A stretch of 63,825 nt of DNA, filler included, from Diploschistes diacapsis (GCA_023645945.1; 10 parts of 10 records of this genome joined end to end with filler, not necessarily neighbours in it); one strand, 5' to 3'; shown: positions 47,892-60,461, counted from the whole stretch's first letter. Notes: a model not told the origin generated them from the letters alone. Translations and numbers: made by a program.

Positions 47892-48419
47892 NNNNNNNNN
47901 NNNNNNNNNNNNNNNNNNNNNNNNNNNNNNNNNNNTTAATTAATTAANNNNNNNNNNNNNNNNNNNNNNNNNNNNNNNNNNNNNNNNNNNNCGTTATAGC
48001 GAAATAATAAAATCTAAATTTATCGTAAAAGATTTAAAAATGTTCCCGTAACTTTAAGATAAGATATTAACGCTGTTACGTTTCCGTATAAGGTTCGAGC
48101 TATTCTTCAATATCCATTAAATAATGCACGAACTCCTATAAGGATTAATTATTTCTTTATTTCGCGTCCGCGTACCGACGTGTTACGTCTAACTCCCGAT
48201 TTATTAAATTTTTATTTAAATCAGGTAAATATTTTTTAAAATAACCTCACGTGACCACATTTATATCGATGTTAGTTTCATAAACGAACTAAAAAATTAA
48301 AAGATTTCCCCGAAACGCTTACGCAGCGTAACCAACTTATTACGTAATTATAAATAAATATAATATATTTATTTTCCGTATATTATTAATTATTATAAAC
48401 CATTCTCCATTTTCCGTTA

Positions 48420-48503
48420 ACGTATATGCATAGCGAGCGGACACTCATAGCGAACGGACACCCTTCTCGATTCATACGAGTTGTAATTATATTTACGCAA
48501 TTC
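48420..48503 (+). mobile_element. Fot1/pogo-like TIR remnant
   Basis: TA|ACGT start followed by the internal direct repeat CATAGCGA[G/A]CGGACA x2. Confidence 0.5.
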
Positions 48504-49543
48504 TGTAACAGCGGGGGTAGTGCCTAATAGGGTAGCGCTATCCTACTGAGCTAAAAGATTAACACAATGCTTTTAGGAACCCCGAAGCACTATTTCCCTA
48601 TTATATTATATATAGATGCGTGGCTGTGGCAGCAAAAGAACCTGAACCCCAGGGCGCACCTTTAGGCGTTATAGCTATCTCCTGTCCCTATAATGCTAGC
48701 CCCCAGCATCTACCACGTTTTATATAACGTCTCGAGTATATTAAATATTTTAAACCGTTTTTAACACCTACGTCATGAATTTAGAGGCGGGGTTACTTAG
48801 CCGTATCTAGGGCTAACCGCATGTTCCATATGACGTTAATCCCGTAGGGTCGCACGTTCAACCGTAGCGCAATAAATTCGATTGTATAAATAACAAACCT
48901 CGTGTTCGAATTAACGATTTAAGGAATGAAAGCATAACTTTAATAGCGGGGATAATGCCTAATAAGGTAACGCTATCTCACTAAACTAAAAGATTAATAT
49001 AATGCTTTCAGGAACCCCGAAGTACTGTTTCCCTATTACACTATATATAGGTGCGTGGCTGTGGCAGCAGGGGGACCTGAACCCCAGGGCGCACCTTTGG
49101 GCGTTACAGCTATCTCCCCTCCCCACAGTGCTGGCCCCCAGCACCTGCCACGTCTCACATAGCGCCCCGAGTATGTTAGATACCCTAAGCCGTTTCTAAT
49201 ATTTACGTCATGGACTCAGAGGCGGGATTACCCAGCCGCATCTAGGGCTAACCGCATGTTTCATATAACGTCAATCCCGTAGGGTCGCACGCTCAACCGT
49301 AGCGTAATAAATTCGACTATATAGATGACAAGCCTTATGCTCGAACTAACGACCTAGGGAATGAAAGTATAATTATAACAGCGGGGGTAGTGCTTAATAA
49401 GATAACGCTATCCCATTAAGTCAAAAGATTAATACAATACTTTCAGGAACCCCGAAACACTGTTTCCCTATTACACTATATGTAGGTGCGTGGCTGTGGC
49501 AGCAGGGGGACCTGAACCCCAGGGCGCACCTTTGGGCGTTATA
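48504..49543 (-). mobile_element. Tandem TRIM array: LTR-int-LTR-int-LTR (170-bp LTRs, 265-bp internal, period 435 bp)
   Basis: LTRs at 48504-48673, 48939-49108 and 49374-49543 with TGTAAC..GTTACA-type ends; PPT GGGGAGGGGAGATAGC on the minus strand. Confidence 0.9.
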
Positions 49544-49667
49544 ATAACGAATAACGAAGTTAAAAGCGGTTAAGCTTAAAATTCATTTTATTTATCGTTA
49601 CATACTCGGCCATTTTTTTATAAACACGAATATTACATTATCGTAATATATTTACGGATACGAATAC

Positions 49668-49837
49668 TGTAACGCCCAAAGTTGCGCCCTGGGGTTCAGG
49701 TCCCCCTGCTGCCACAGCCACGCACCTACATATAGTGTAATAGGGAAACAGAGCTACGGGGTTCCTGAAAGCATTGTGTTAGTCTTTTGGCTCAGTGGGA
49801 TAGCGCTACCCTATTAGGCACTACCCCCGCTGTTACA
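49668..49837 (+). mobile_element. Solo LTR of the same TRIM family, opposite orientation
   Basis: 170-bp reverse complement of the LTR, TGTAAC..GTTACA; no TSD visible. Confidence 0.88.
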
Positions 49838-49990
49838 GTTTAACTGTTAAGGTTAATACTACAGTGTGACAATAAGGCAGATAGGTGGCTNNNNNNNNNN
49901 NNNNNNNNNNNNNNNNNNNNNNNNNNNNNNNNNNTTAATTAATTAANNNNNNNNNNNNNNNNNNNNNNNNNNNNNNNNNNNNNNNNNNNN

Positions 49991-51885
49991 ATTTCGAGCT
50001 AGATAACGAGAACGAATACGAAATTAAAATAATAATATATTATAAAAATAATAAGTATTTAATTAAATAAAAAGATTATCCGGAATCAAAGATAACATAA
50101 AAACCCGGGAAAAATCTAAAACACTACCAAACAAAATTAGCGAAATTCCACGATACTAACGGACCCACCACCAAGGATAATTAGGATTAAAGATAGAAAG
50201 TTCACGGAACATACGCACATCTAATATAAAAATTAACCTATCGAGACAGGGGCCTCGTCCCCTAGCTCCCAATTTATTTAAAACGGCGACATAACCGCCA
50301 GGAACTAAAGATCTTACGGGCTGCCCGTAAGCACCATACTATTGTTAAAATCACCGACCGCCTCCGCCTTTTCGTTCAATTGATTAATAAAGCACTTTAC
50401 CTACTCTATAAATTTCTTTTCGATTAACTTAAAAATCTTTCGCAGTCTCTCAATACAAGCCTCGTGTTCCACTAATTAAAAAAAAAGCTTTCGCCTTTTC
50501 TCCTCTTTCACCTCTAATTTAAATTCCGTCTAAACACGCACCCGATCCATAGCCTCCCAAGATATCGACACGCAATTATTCCGGCTTAAACGAGCGCATC
50601 TCTCGCAGCGAAAAGAAATGGACGGCATAATAATATAATTATAAAAAACTAAACAGTAGAAACAAAAGAAGTCAGCGGTTTTGCCTAATCGGAAGATTCG
50701 GTCGGCAAGTCTATAATTACGAGAAATTAAAGAAGACATCGTTATCCCACGACTTAGGATTCTTTTTTATTTAATACTTATATCAGACCTTTCGGCGGAT
50801 CATCGGGCCGATAATACTAAAAGAAAAAGATAATATTACGATCCAAATACCAGACTTAACACGTCCTAGCTTTCTTATATATAGGCCGGACGGGATGACA
50901 TAAATTACGTGATTAACAGATATCTAATAACAAATATTTATCGAAGATAGATCTATTCGGACAGCTTTTTATTAATAATAATACTATCGCGATAACTCGG
51001 CTATCGGCGATTAATTATTATCCTAAATTATATATATAAACGTCACCATAATTCTTATAAATCCTAATATATTTACTTTTATAAATATCTTTAATTATTA
51101 CTCGGGATCAATCTATATTCGTTATCTCTATCACTAAAAAACCTTCTTTTCAAAAATAATCTAAGACCTATAACTACTCTACCTTCTTCTCTTACTTGCA
51201 CTCCTCTTCTAAACGAGACCAAACCACCTTAATCAAGACCTCGTGTTTACATTATAAAAATAAAAATCATAACACTTAAATACCTTTAAGAATAAATATT
51301 TCAAACAACATAACCGAGAAATTGTCCTCAAAAACTAAATCCGCATTACTTCAAGCATCAAGACGAATAACGACGCCACCAACTAAAAGCGACGTACTTA
51401 TAACGGACACTACGGAAATCAAAGGAAACGACCCTATAAATAACGATAAAGCCGACGAAAACAGAATCTTAAAAAAACTTATTATTAAAAATCCTAAATT
51501 AAATAAATATTACGAAGATCGCAAAAAACTAAAACACTAATTATTACAACTCGCGTTATACTTCTATTAAAACTCTTATATCAAAAACGAATAAAAAAAA
51601 ATTATCTTCGCCGTAAACTTCATAAATAACCGCTTATTAACATAAATCGAACCCCATCTATAATCGTACCTAAAACACCAGAAAAACGACATAAAAATAT
51701 TCACCAATTTCTCGAAATTCAAAAAACAAATTAAGTTAACTTTTGATACTATTAACGACAAAAAATACGCCGTGCCAATTATTTAAACTATACGTTAAAA
51801 GAACTCGATTTCTAAATATACAACCAAATTTCAAGAATTCGTAATAAAAACTAAGTAAAATAACGACGCCTTAATAGAAATATAT
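49991..51885 (+). mobile_element. RIP-eroded chromoviral Gypsy LTR retrotransposon: chromodomain, antisense ORF, PPT, LTR (about 50834-51274), then gag of a following copy
   Basis: EYEI..KYLIK*KDYPES..*KP..NL is a decayed chromodomain. A purine tract precedes TATTACG, the LTR ends ..ATAACA, and gag-like YYEDRKKLKH*LLQ follows. Confidence 0.78.
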
Positions 51886-52847
51886 NNNNNNNNNNNNNNN
51901 NNNNNNNNNNNNNNNNNNNNNNNNNNNNNTTAATTAATTAANNNNNNNNNNNNNNNNNNNNNNNNNNNNNNNNNNNNNNNNNNNNGCATATACGTTATCG
52001 CGCGTTAGCCTAGAAGTTGTTATCGAGTTGTGTTTTAGATTGTTTATGGTTATAAATATATTTTTATAAAGTAAGGGTATAAAGGTTATTAAGACAATAA
52101 CTTTTTAAGAAGAGGGTATTATTACGGGACCGGCATGTAGTTTTGATAGGATTAAATAGGCTTGGCGTTGCTTGGACCAAGAGGCCATAGTCTTTTGAAA
52201 GGGCTCATCCTCCTCTATCACTCAATCATTCATCCACTAAGTCTTGTCCTCGTTACAAATCTATTTAGATTAATACTCTGACATATGGCTTAACTTATGT
52301 AACAACAATAAAAAAATTATTTAAGATTAATGTTGATATATTATTCGTTTTCGTTTCATGCGTAAGCGAGTTTTCTCGGTAAATAATCGTGTATAAAGGC
52401 ATGAAGGTGATTCAGCTTGAACTGATAATAGGAATCATTATTATTAAATATTATAATATAAAATAGTCGGCATCAATTGTGGATAAAATCACCTGCCAAC
52501 ACGTTATTTAAAAAAAATTATTTGTGTTGCGGGCGGTAATGACCAAATAAAAGATATAAAGAGCTTATAAAAAAGTTCTTAATGCTTAAATGTTCTTTAA
52601 AACCAACATATAAACAATGCCTATTATTCTTGAGAAAGTGCCAAGACGCCACGATAATTCTATTACTTTCGTGATATACCATATTCTGAATGGAAAGGAT
52701 CTTATCAATTGCTAATCAGGTCGATTTAACATCACTGAAATCTGTGCTGTAGACTAAATGCTCTGCATTGGAAGACTAGTTGATCAGGCTTCCATTTCAA
52801 TTACCGAAAAACCTCGCAATTGCTTTATCCACTTTCAAATGGTTGAC

Positions 52848-53468
52848 TCAATCTTTGCCTATGACCGGAATCTCATCCAAAAGCCATCTTTGGAAGGGTT
52901 TAGGAACGAATTGACCGTCGGCGGTGAACCATTTCGTAAAGGGTGCCTCAATTTCCTTGACCCATAATGTTCCATGATCAGCAGTCTTCTTAATATGTTG
53001 AACCTTAAGCATATATATTGGTGAATGTTTGTTTACCGTGGAGGCAAGGGATATCTGCATGGTGTAAACAGCATGAAGGGCATGATTATTGGAAACATAC
53101 AACAACATCGTCCTTTGATCCCCTGTATATTGTTCTCTTCTCTATCCCCCATATCCACAAAGTCAGAGCTGAGTTGAGGATGAAGTACGCGAGTACAGCC
53201 CAGCATGTAAGGACCTTGGTGTCCTCCCATCCATATTTGTAATCAATGTAGAAGGTGGCAGCAGCAATAGCAACAGCACTGTATCCTAGTATCAAGCGGA
53301 CGTCGGTGAAGACGTGGGACTGCCCAAATCTCAAAGAGTTCAAGAAGTTTGGCAGAGCATCATCAGTCGTGTTCTTCAGATCTAAGCTTCAGGTCAGCTT
53401 AATTCGCCATTAAAAGAATGTCACAGCTCACCGGACTGCGAGTAGATCGCGATTTTAGCAGACGACAT
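52848..53468 (-). CDS. SPC2: Signal peptidase complex subunit 2, 3 exons
   Basis: DLKNTTDDALPNFL, TDVRLILGYSAVAIA, two TM helices, KHSPIY, APFTKWFTADGQFV. Confidence 0.92.
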
Positions 53469-53691
53469 GCTTTGGAATTACTGCACTACAAGATTTCTTT
53501 AACGAAAGATGACAGAATATCACAATCAAAAATGCGGGATTCTAGCAGAAACGCGAAGAGGGTTCAATATTAAATAGGAATAGAAGCTTACAAGATGTTT
53601 CGGGCGCATGAAGAGGAGTTCTCCTAACCGAAATCTTTTGTTTGTTACGCTAGTGTATCAAAGAAAGCAGGTAACGTTATGTTAATATTTA

Positions 53692-53879
53692 CAGTACTAG
53701 AGCAAAAGTAGTTAGGTACACCATAAGCGGCAGTAAACAAACAGTCAACTCTTGCTATTATTCTTACAATTATGCCTCCCCAACGCCGTTTGAAGCCATT
53801 CCAGCGTTCTGAGCTCCTCGGCGCTCTCTATAATAGCAATACTCTTAAAAATACCGCCCAAAATCTTAATATTCCCTAT
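53692..53879 (+). mobile_element. 5' end of a Tc1-like transposon with transposase HTH start (ATG 53772)
   Basis: TA|CAGT terminus; MPPQRRLKPFQRSELLGAL..TLKNTAQNLNIPY resembles a Tc1 N-terminal HTH. Confidence 0.55.
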
Positions 53880-53979
53880 NNNNNNNNNNNNNNNNNNNNN
53901 NNNNNNNNNNNNNNNNNNNNNNNTTAATTAATTAANNNNNNNNNNNNNNNNNNNNNNNNNNNNNNNNNNNNNNNNNNNN

Positions 53980-55872
53980 TCGATTATCAATCCGATTATA
54001 TATTAATAATAATCCGTTTTAATAACGTCAGTTTACCCGGAAAGAAAAAAAGTATTAATATTAAAAAAATATCGATATCTAGATCGCGGAAAAAGAAATG
54101 ACGACTTTAATTATATTCGAAGGCGAAGCGATAATAAAACGAATAAAATATTATAACGCTAAATTAATAATAAAAATAAAATATATCGTAAAAATTTACG
54201 TGTCACGGAAAAAGATACGGGTAGATTTTTTTAATTTATAATTTAATAGCGAAGTTAAAAGCTTAATAATAAAAAAAAAATCTACGTTCCGTCAGCGGGT
54301 TAATCCCGAACAGATCGCGGAAATCCGACGTATAAAAAAAAAAGCTATTAAAGTAAAAAAAAGAACGGTTTTTTAAAAATACGTAGAAGAAGCGGCCGGG
54401 AACATAAGGAAGCTATAGAAGACCGCCGTCTAAACAAAAAAGGCGGGAACGGTATTAACGGGCCTAACAATACTAGACCTGAAGAAGCAATGTAACAGCG
54501 GGGGTAGTGCCTAATAGGGTAGCGCTATCCCACTGAGCCAAAAGACTAACACAATGCTTTCAGGAACCCCGAAACATTGTTTCCCTATTACACTATATGT
54601 AGGTACGTGGCTGTGGCAGCAGGGGGACCTGAACCCCAGGGCGCACCTTTGGGCGTTACAGCTATCTCCCCTCCCCACAGTGCTGGCCCCCAGCACCTGC
54701 CACGTCTCACATAACGCCCCGAGTATGTTAAATACCCTAAACCGTTTCTAACACCTACGTCATGAACTCAGAGACGGGGTTACCCAGCCGTACCTAGGGC
54801 TAACCGCATGTTCCATATGACGTCAACCCCGTAAGGTCGCACGCTCAACCGTAGCGCAACAAACTCGACGCACTACCTACGCTCGTGCTCGAACCAACGA
54901 CCTAGGGAATAAAAGCATAACTATAACAGCGGAGGTAGTGCCTAATAGGGTAGCGCTATCCCACTGAGCCAAAAGACTAACACAATGCTTTCAAGAACCC
55001 CGAAGAACTGTTTCCCTATTACACTATATGTAGGTGCGTGGCTGTGGCAGCAGGGGGACCTGAACCCCAGGGCGCACCTTTGGGCGTTACAAGCAAGATA
55101 AACACGCACGATTATTTCGAGAGAAGATCGAAACGTTCGCGGAGAGATTTTATTTAGAATTCACAACCGATATATTAGATATTAAAAACTCGAAAGGATT
55201 ACGCCTTCGCCCCGTCAAGATATTAAAAAAAACCCTAATAACGCTAAAAGAAATAAAAAACATTTTATTCGGACTTAAATAATACACGACGTCGGGGCTC
55301 GATAAATTTCCGATTCTTTTTTTAAAAACGATAAAAGAAAGGTGATACATCGTCGCGGCATCGCTGGCGAACGTTAGTTATAAAATAAATTATTTTATAA
55401 AACCGTTCCGGACGATAAGAATAATGGTCCTACATAAATCGAAGAAAGAACGATACGACGAACCGAAAACATAATGCTCGATTATCTTATTTAGTACGGT
55501 AAATAAAATAATCGAAAAAGCATTCGTAAATCGGATAAAAGACGTAATCGAAAAAAAAAGATTCTTCCCCCGTACCTAGATGGGCGGCCGGAGAAGCCGC
55601 TCGGTAGAAACGGCGGTAAAGCTGTTAATAAAACAGGTTTATATTATTTAAAACACGGGATCGGGAAAAAATATAATAACGCTATTATTGCTAGATATCG
55701 CCGGGGTATTTGATACGGTGAATTACATCTGATTTCTGGACGTACTGCGAGCGAAAGGATTCCTTAAATAAATAATAAATTAAACGGCAGCTTTTCTATA
55801 AGAACGACGGACCACGTTATGTTTCTAAAACGAAAAGATATTATCTCGAAAGATTATTATTAAGATCCCGTA
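53980..55872 (+). mobile_element. RIP-eroded Tad-like LINE reverse transcriptase region, interrupted by a TRIM
   Basis: MGGRRSRSVETAV, LLLLDIAGVFDTVNY, LDVLRAKGF; many TAA stops. Confidence 0.82.
54491..55091 (-). mobile_element. Complete 601-bp TRIM with 5-bp TSD AGCAA
   Basis: LTRs 54491-54660 and 54922-55091; AGCAA at 54486-54490 and 55092-55096; non-coding interior. Confidence 0.93.
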
Positions 55873-55972
55873 NNNNNNNNNNNNNNNNNNNNNNNNNNNN
55901 NNNNNNNNNNNNNNNNTTAATTAATTAANNNNNNNNNNNNNNNNNNNNNNNNNNNNNNNNNNNNNNNNNNNN

Positions 55973-56599
55973 AATTATAATTTATTAATCTTATAATCGT
56001 GTTTAATAAACTTTATTCGACTTACCGGACCTTTTTACCTCCATTTTACAGCCTTCTTTTAACCTCGAATCAATTCGATTTAAATTTATTTTTATTATAT
56101 AACTTTTTATTAAATACGACCGAACTGCGAAAGGTTAATAAAAAATTTAATCGGGCTTTACGAGTTATTTTATAATTAATTAACTCGATTCGACGTTATT
56201 CGACTCGAATAACCCCGTATACTTAAATCGACGTATATTAAATTCACAACGCTACGTAAAGAAAATCGAGAATAAAAACGCTTCTTAATAATCGTAAAAA
56301 ACGTAAATTAGGTAAACGAATCGAATTAAAAGGTCGTTTTATGTTTAATACAGACGAAGTTCTAAAATAATAGCTCGGGCTGAATCGAGTTAAATAGTTT
56401 TAAAACGATCTATAACGCGTAAAAAACGTCGTCGCATTTCTGAAATCGAAGAAGATAAAAAGGAAGAGGATAGATTCGATTTAGATCGATTAGATTCTGA
56501 TTACGACGAATAGATTATATTTAAAAAGCGTAGAATGTTGACGGTAGTGATTTGAGGTGGCCGGACTCTAGGGGTGGCCGGACTCACCGTCAAATACGT
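55973..56599 (+). mobile_element. 3' part of a RIP-eroded Fot1/pogo-like transposon with right TIR
   Basis: RKKRKLGKRIELKGRFMFNTDEV transposase tail; TIR with GGTGGCCGGACTC x2 ending ACGT|TA. Confidence 0.75.
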
Positions 56600-56601
56600 T
56601 A

Positions 56602-56759
56602 ATTAAAAAATTTAAAACATTAATATTAATACGGATATTATATTTATATAAATCCACGGACACGGACACCGCAGCTAAAAAATCTTAAACACTGATACTG
56701 ACATTATCAGTGTCCGTGTCACTAACACGGCCGTGTCAGTGTCAGTGACGGCCAGCCTA
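56602..56759 (-). mobile_element. hAT-like transposon end (ACACGG repeats, terminus ..ACGGCCAGCCTA)
   Basis: The terminal 34 nt are the reverse complement of 59677 onward. Confidence 0.65.
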
Positions 56760-57964
56760 GTTGGAATAATTACGAACGCGGGACCGAATACGTTGGCCTA
56801 AAAAAGGTTTAAATCGAAAAGATCCGAAAATCTAGGATCTAAATCATAAGACCCTAAGGTAAATAGATTTAAAAGTAGAAGGTATATTATTATAAAAGAT
56901 CGCGGGACTTTATTACGCTGGCCAAGGGTAAGCCTAAATAAGAAATATTTGGCTCCCGGATTCATTATCTGCCAGGCCAACGAAAAGCGATCTCCTCTCT
57001 TTTTTCCCGATAAGGATCGAAGTTTAATTGAATCTAGTGTTGAACCTTATCGATCTTTTTCGTTAATTTTCGATAATTAGTAGTATCGTTACCTTCGTTG
57101 TTAGACCTAGTCGAAATCCTCGATAATTATCGAGAATTTAGCTGAACTTTTGCTGAACCTTTTCGACCTTTCGATAATTATCGACATCCAGCCTTATCGC
57201 CGTTGAACCATCTCGATATTTGATAATCGTCGATATTCAGCTTTACCGCTACTGAACTTTTTCGACATCCTTCGATAATTATCGAAGTTCGGCTGAATTA
57301 GGCTGAACCCATTCGATCAAAAAAGGGTAATAAGATGAAGGACAATCTTGTACACAAGCGGGTCATTCTTTTAATAATCATTTATAATATTGCCACCTAA
57401 TTACGGAGTCATTGTCGATGCGACGAATGATTAATAGGCTAGCCGACGAACAAAAGAGCTAGCAATATATTCAATCTGTTAACACGATGTAGAAGATTTA
57501 GATATAAAACTGAACCTGAACTTATCGATCAATTACATCTATCTAGATACTTGACTTTTATTTAAAGACGACGAATCAAAGTTAGGGGCAGGAATACTTT
57601 ATTTAGATTATATACGTTATATTGAAAAAATTAGGTTCTAATTTTCTATATTTGGGATATATTGTTGTTTCCTGAACTGTCGGGAAAGAATTATATAAAA
57701 TAAGGTTTACGAAATGATCGCTAGGGATTACGACGTTTATGATAACGCTATTATATTACTCGAAAATGTAATATCTTTATCAGAAATAATCGGTCTTAGT
57801 CGAAAAGATATTTAAATAAACTGATATGTTAAATGATTCCGTTTGTAAGAAAATATTGAGTAAANNNNNNNNNNNNNNNNNNNNNNNNNNNNNNNNNNNN
57901 NNNNNNNNTTAATTAATTAANNNNNNNNNNNNNNNNNNNNNNNNNNNNNNNNNNNNNNNNNNNN

Positions 57965-59124
57965 ATATTAAGACGCTCACCCGTTAATAAATTAATCAAT
58001 ATAATATTAACGGGACATCAATTAAAATTAATCCGGCGGAACGGAAATCTTATCTTTTAAAATCTAATTCAGGTAACTAGGCGACATTACCGCCAATATA
58101 GATAATTCTAGATTAAACTCCGTTAATCAACCTTTTTAAATATTGATATATACCTCGAACGATTTTAAGTTTAATTTCTCCGTTAAATAACGCGTTTATT
58201 TATCAGCACGATTTTCCGCCAACCTAAGAATCTTTTAATTACGGCGAATGCGACGTTTACGCTAAAAACGACGATCTTTAATTTCACGAAATTACTTTTC
58301 TAGCTCTTTTTTATATTTATTATCCTCGTCAATAAGCTTCTTATCTTTATCGATCTCTTCTTTCTTCGAAAAGATAATTCGTTTAATTATTTTTTAAGTA
58401 ACAAAAATATAATTTTTTCTATTAAATTTAGCACAGCGAGCGTATTTAACGGAAATAAAAAGTATTTTAATATAATCGTAAGAAAAGAAATAATAGTTAT
58501 AAAGTAATATATTTAGATAATCTCGAAGACGAATAATAAAATTTAAGCGTTTCTTTTGTTTCGAAAATAAAAAAGATATCGCTGTCCTACGATTTAGGAT
58601 TCTTCTTTATTTGATACTTATATTTACCCTTCGGTGCTTATCGGGCCGACAAGATTAAAGGAAAGGGATAATATTACGATCTAAATAATTAAATAATAGC
58701 CATTTAGTATTTCATAACTGATTGAGTTTAATTCAATTATTCCTTATATATAGTCTAATTATAATGATATTGATCACGTAATAAATAAAAAGTTTTAAAG
58801 GCTATTTTATTTTTTATAAATAAAACGGGAGAACGGTAATTTTATTTATTTATGGATCTATTCCGTTAAAAAATAATTAATTATATAAAAACTTCGTTAT
58901 AATTTTATAAGTTTTGATATGTTTATTTTTATAAACATCCTTAGTTATTGCTCGGGATCAATTTATATTTATTATTTCTATTATTAAAACATTTTTTCTA
59001 AAAGATAGTTCAAGATCTGTGATTATTCTAACTTCTTCTCCTGTTTACACTCCTCTTCTAAACGAGACCAAACCCACCTTAATCAATACCTCGTGTCTAC
59101 ATTGTAGAGATAGAGATCATAACA
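57965..59124 (+). mobile_element. 3' end of a related Gypsy element: antisense ORF remnant, PPT and LTR (about 58672-59124)
   Basis: Homologous to 50741-51274 (CTCCTCTTCTAAACGAGACCAAACC; purine tract GGAAAGGGATAA|TATTACG). Confidence 0.75.
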
Positions 59125-59676
59125 TGTTTATATTCGCCACCACCAATCTCCGGTATAGAATTCTATATATAGACGATGTCCCGTTAAAGAATCTTCGTCA
59201 TCATAATGGCGTTCTGGTCCATATATTAGATACTTTCGGAAAAAACGATAACCTAATAAAAAACAAATACAATTCTTAATCCGACGGTATCGAATTAAGT
59301 ATATATCATCTTAAACACCCGCGATTTTAAAAGATATTAAAGTCTTACGACATTCCTATCCGTCATTTATGATGTCGTAGGATATTTGATGTATCTTGTT
59401 TCGTAGATGTTCCGCAGTTCTCGAAAATAATCCGCTAAATATTCGGTCTAATCAAGAATCTTAAAATAACTTTTATATCATACGTTAAGAAACTTTAGCT
59501 CGATCTAACCATATAACGAAAGCAAACTCCTCTTCATTCTCGAATAAATAATAAAAGCTGTCTTTATATAAAACATACGGGAAAAAGATATCATCGTTTA
59601 AATCAATTAAATCTCCAACCGACTAACCGGTTTCATCCAAATACAATCTAATATACTAAATAATAGACGTTGAAAA

Positions 59677-59851
59677 TAGGCTGGCCGTCACTGACACTGA
59701 CACGGCCGTGGCAGTGTCCGTGTTTTGAAATTTTTAGCCGTAATGTCCGTGTCCGTGTTTTTATTATAATGTAATGTCCGTGAAAGTATTCGTGTTTAAA
59801 ATTTTTAATCGTAATATCTCGTGTTCGTGTTTTTATTATAATATAATATCC
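59677..59851 (+). mobile_element. hAT-like transposon end
   Basis: TAGGCTGGCCGTCACTGACACTGACACGGCCGTG followed by CCGTGT repeats. Confidence 0.65.
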
Positions 59852-60461
59852 NNNNNNNNNNNNNNNNNNNNNNNNNNNNNNNNNNNNNNNNNNNNTTAAT
59901 TAATTAANNNNNNNNNNNNNNNNNNNNNNNNNNNNNNNNNNNNNNNNNNNNGATTAATTAAATTTTCGTCCTTAAAAAATTTTACGTAAATAAACGCTAT
60001 TTTCTTAAAATAAGAAATCATATACGTTATCTAATCGTCGATTTCGTTAAACCGATCACCGTTTATCTTTAACTTATTCTTAATTAAACGACGCCATTAT
60101 TTATAATTAAAACCTTCTTTAAAATCTATTATAAACTAAGATAGATCTAATAATTTATACCAAAAAAAACGTCCCCCGTTATTAATCTCGATAATTAGAT
60201 TCGTAAACTTTCGTCAATTTCAAAATTCTTCGTTCGATGCTCGTAGGTCGATAATTTCGTCAGTTAAACGGACCCGGATCTTGTATTTTTTATTTAATAA
60301 TTACTTTAGCTCGTTTCGTTTAATTAAATCTTTCTTAAATTATTATTAAAACCGTTAAATCTTTCGTTGATTTAGTTAATTTATTTCTTCGACCGCTATC
60401 ACGTAAATATATACTAATTCAATAAATTCCGTCAGCTCTTCTTCGGTTCGATAATAAATCT

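Noticed and set aside
49002..49199. 65-aa ORF MLSGTPK.., repeated at 54554-54751
   Set aside because: Antisense to the element, spans the LTR boundary and has stops in the first copy; the conservation reflects DNA repeat identity.
48504..49543. Repeat-spacer pattern suggesting a CRISPR array or satellite
   Set aside because: Repeats are 170 bp, spacers are homologous to each other, and there are TG..CA ends, a PPT and a TSD-flanked monomer elsewhere.
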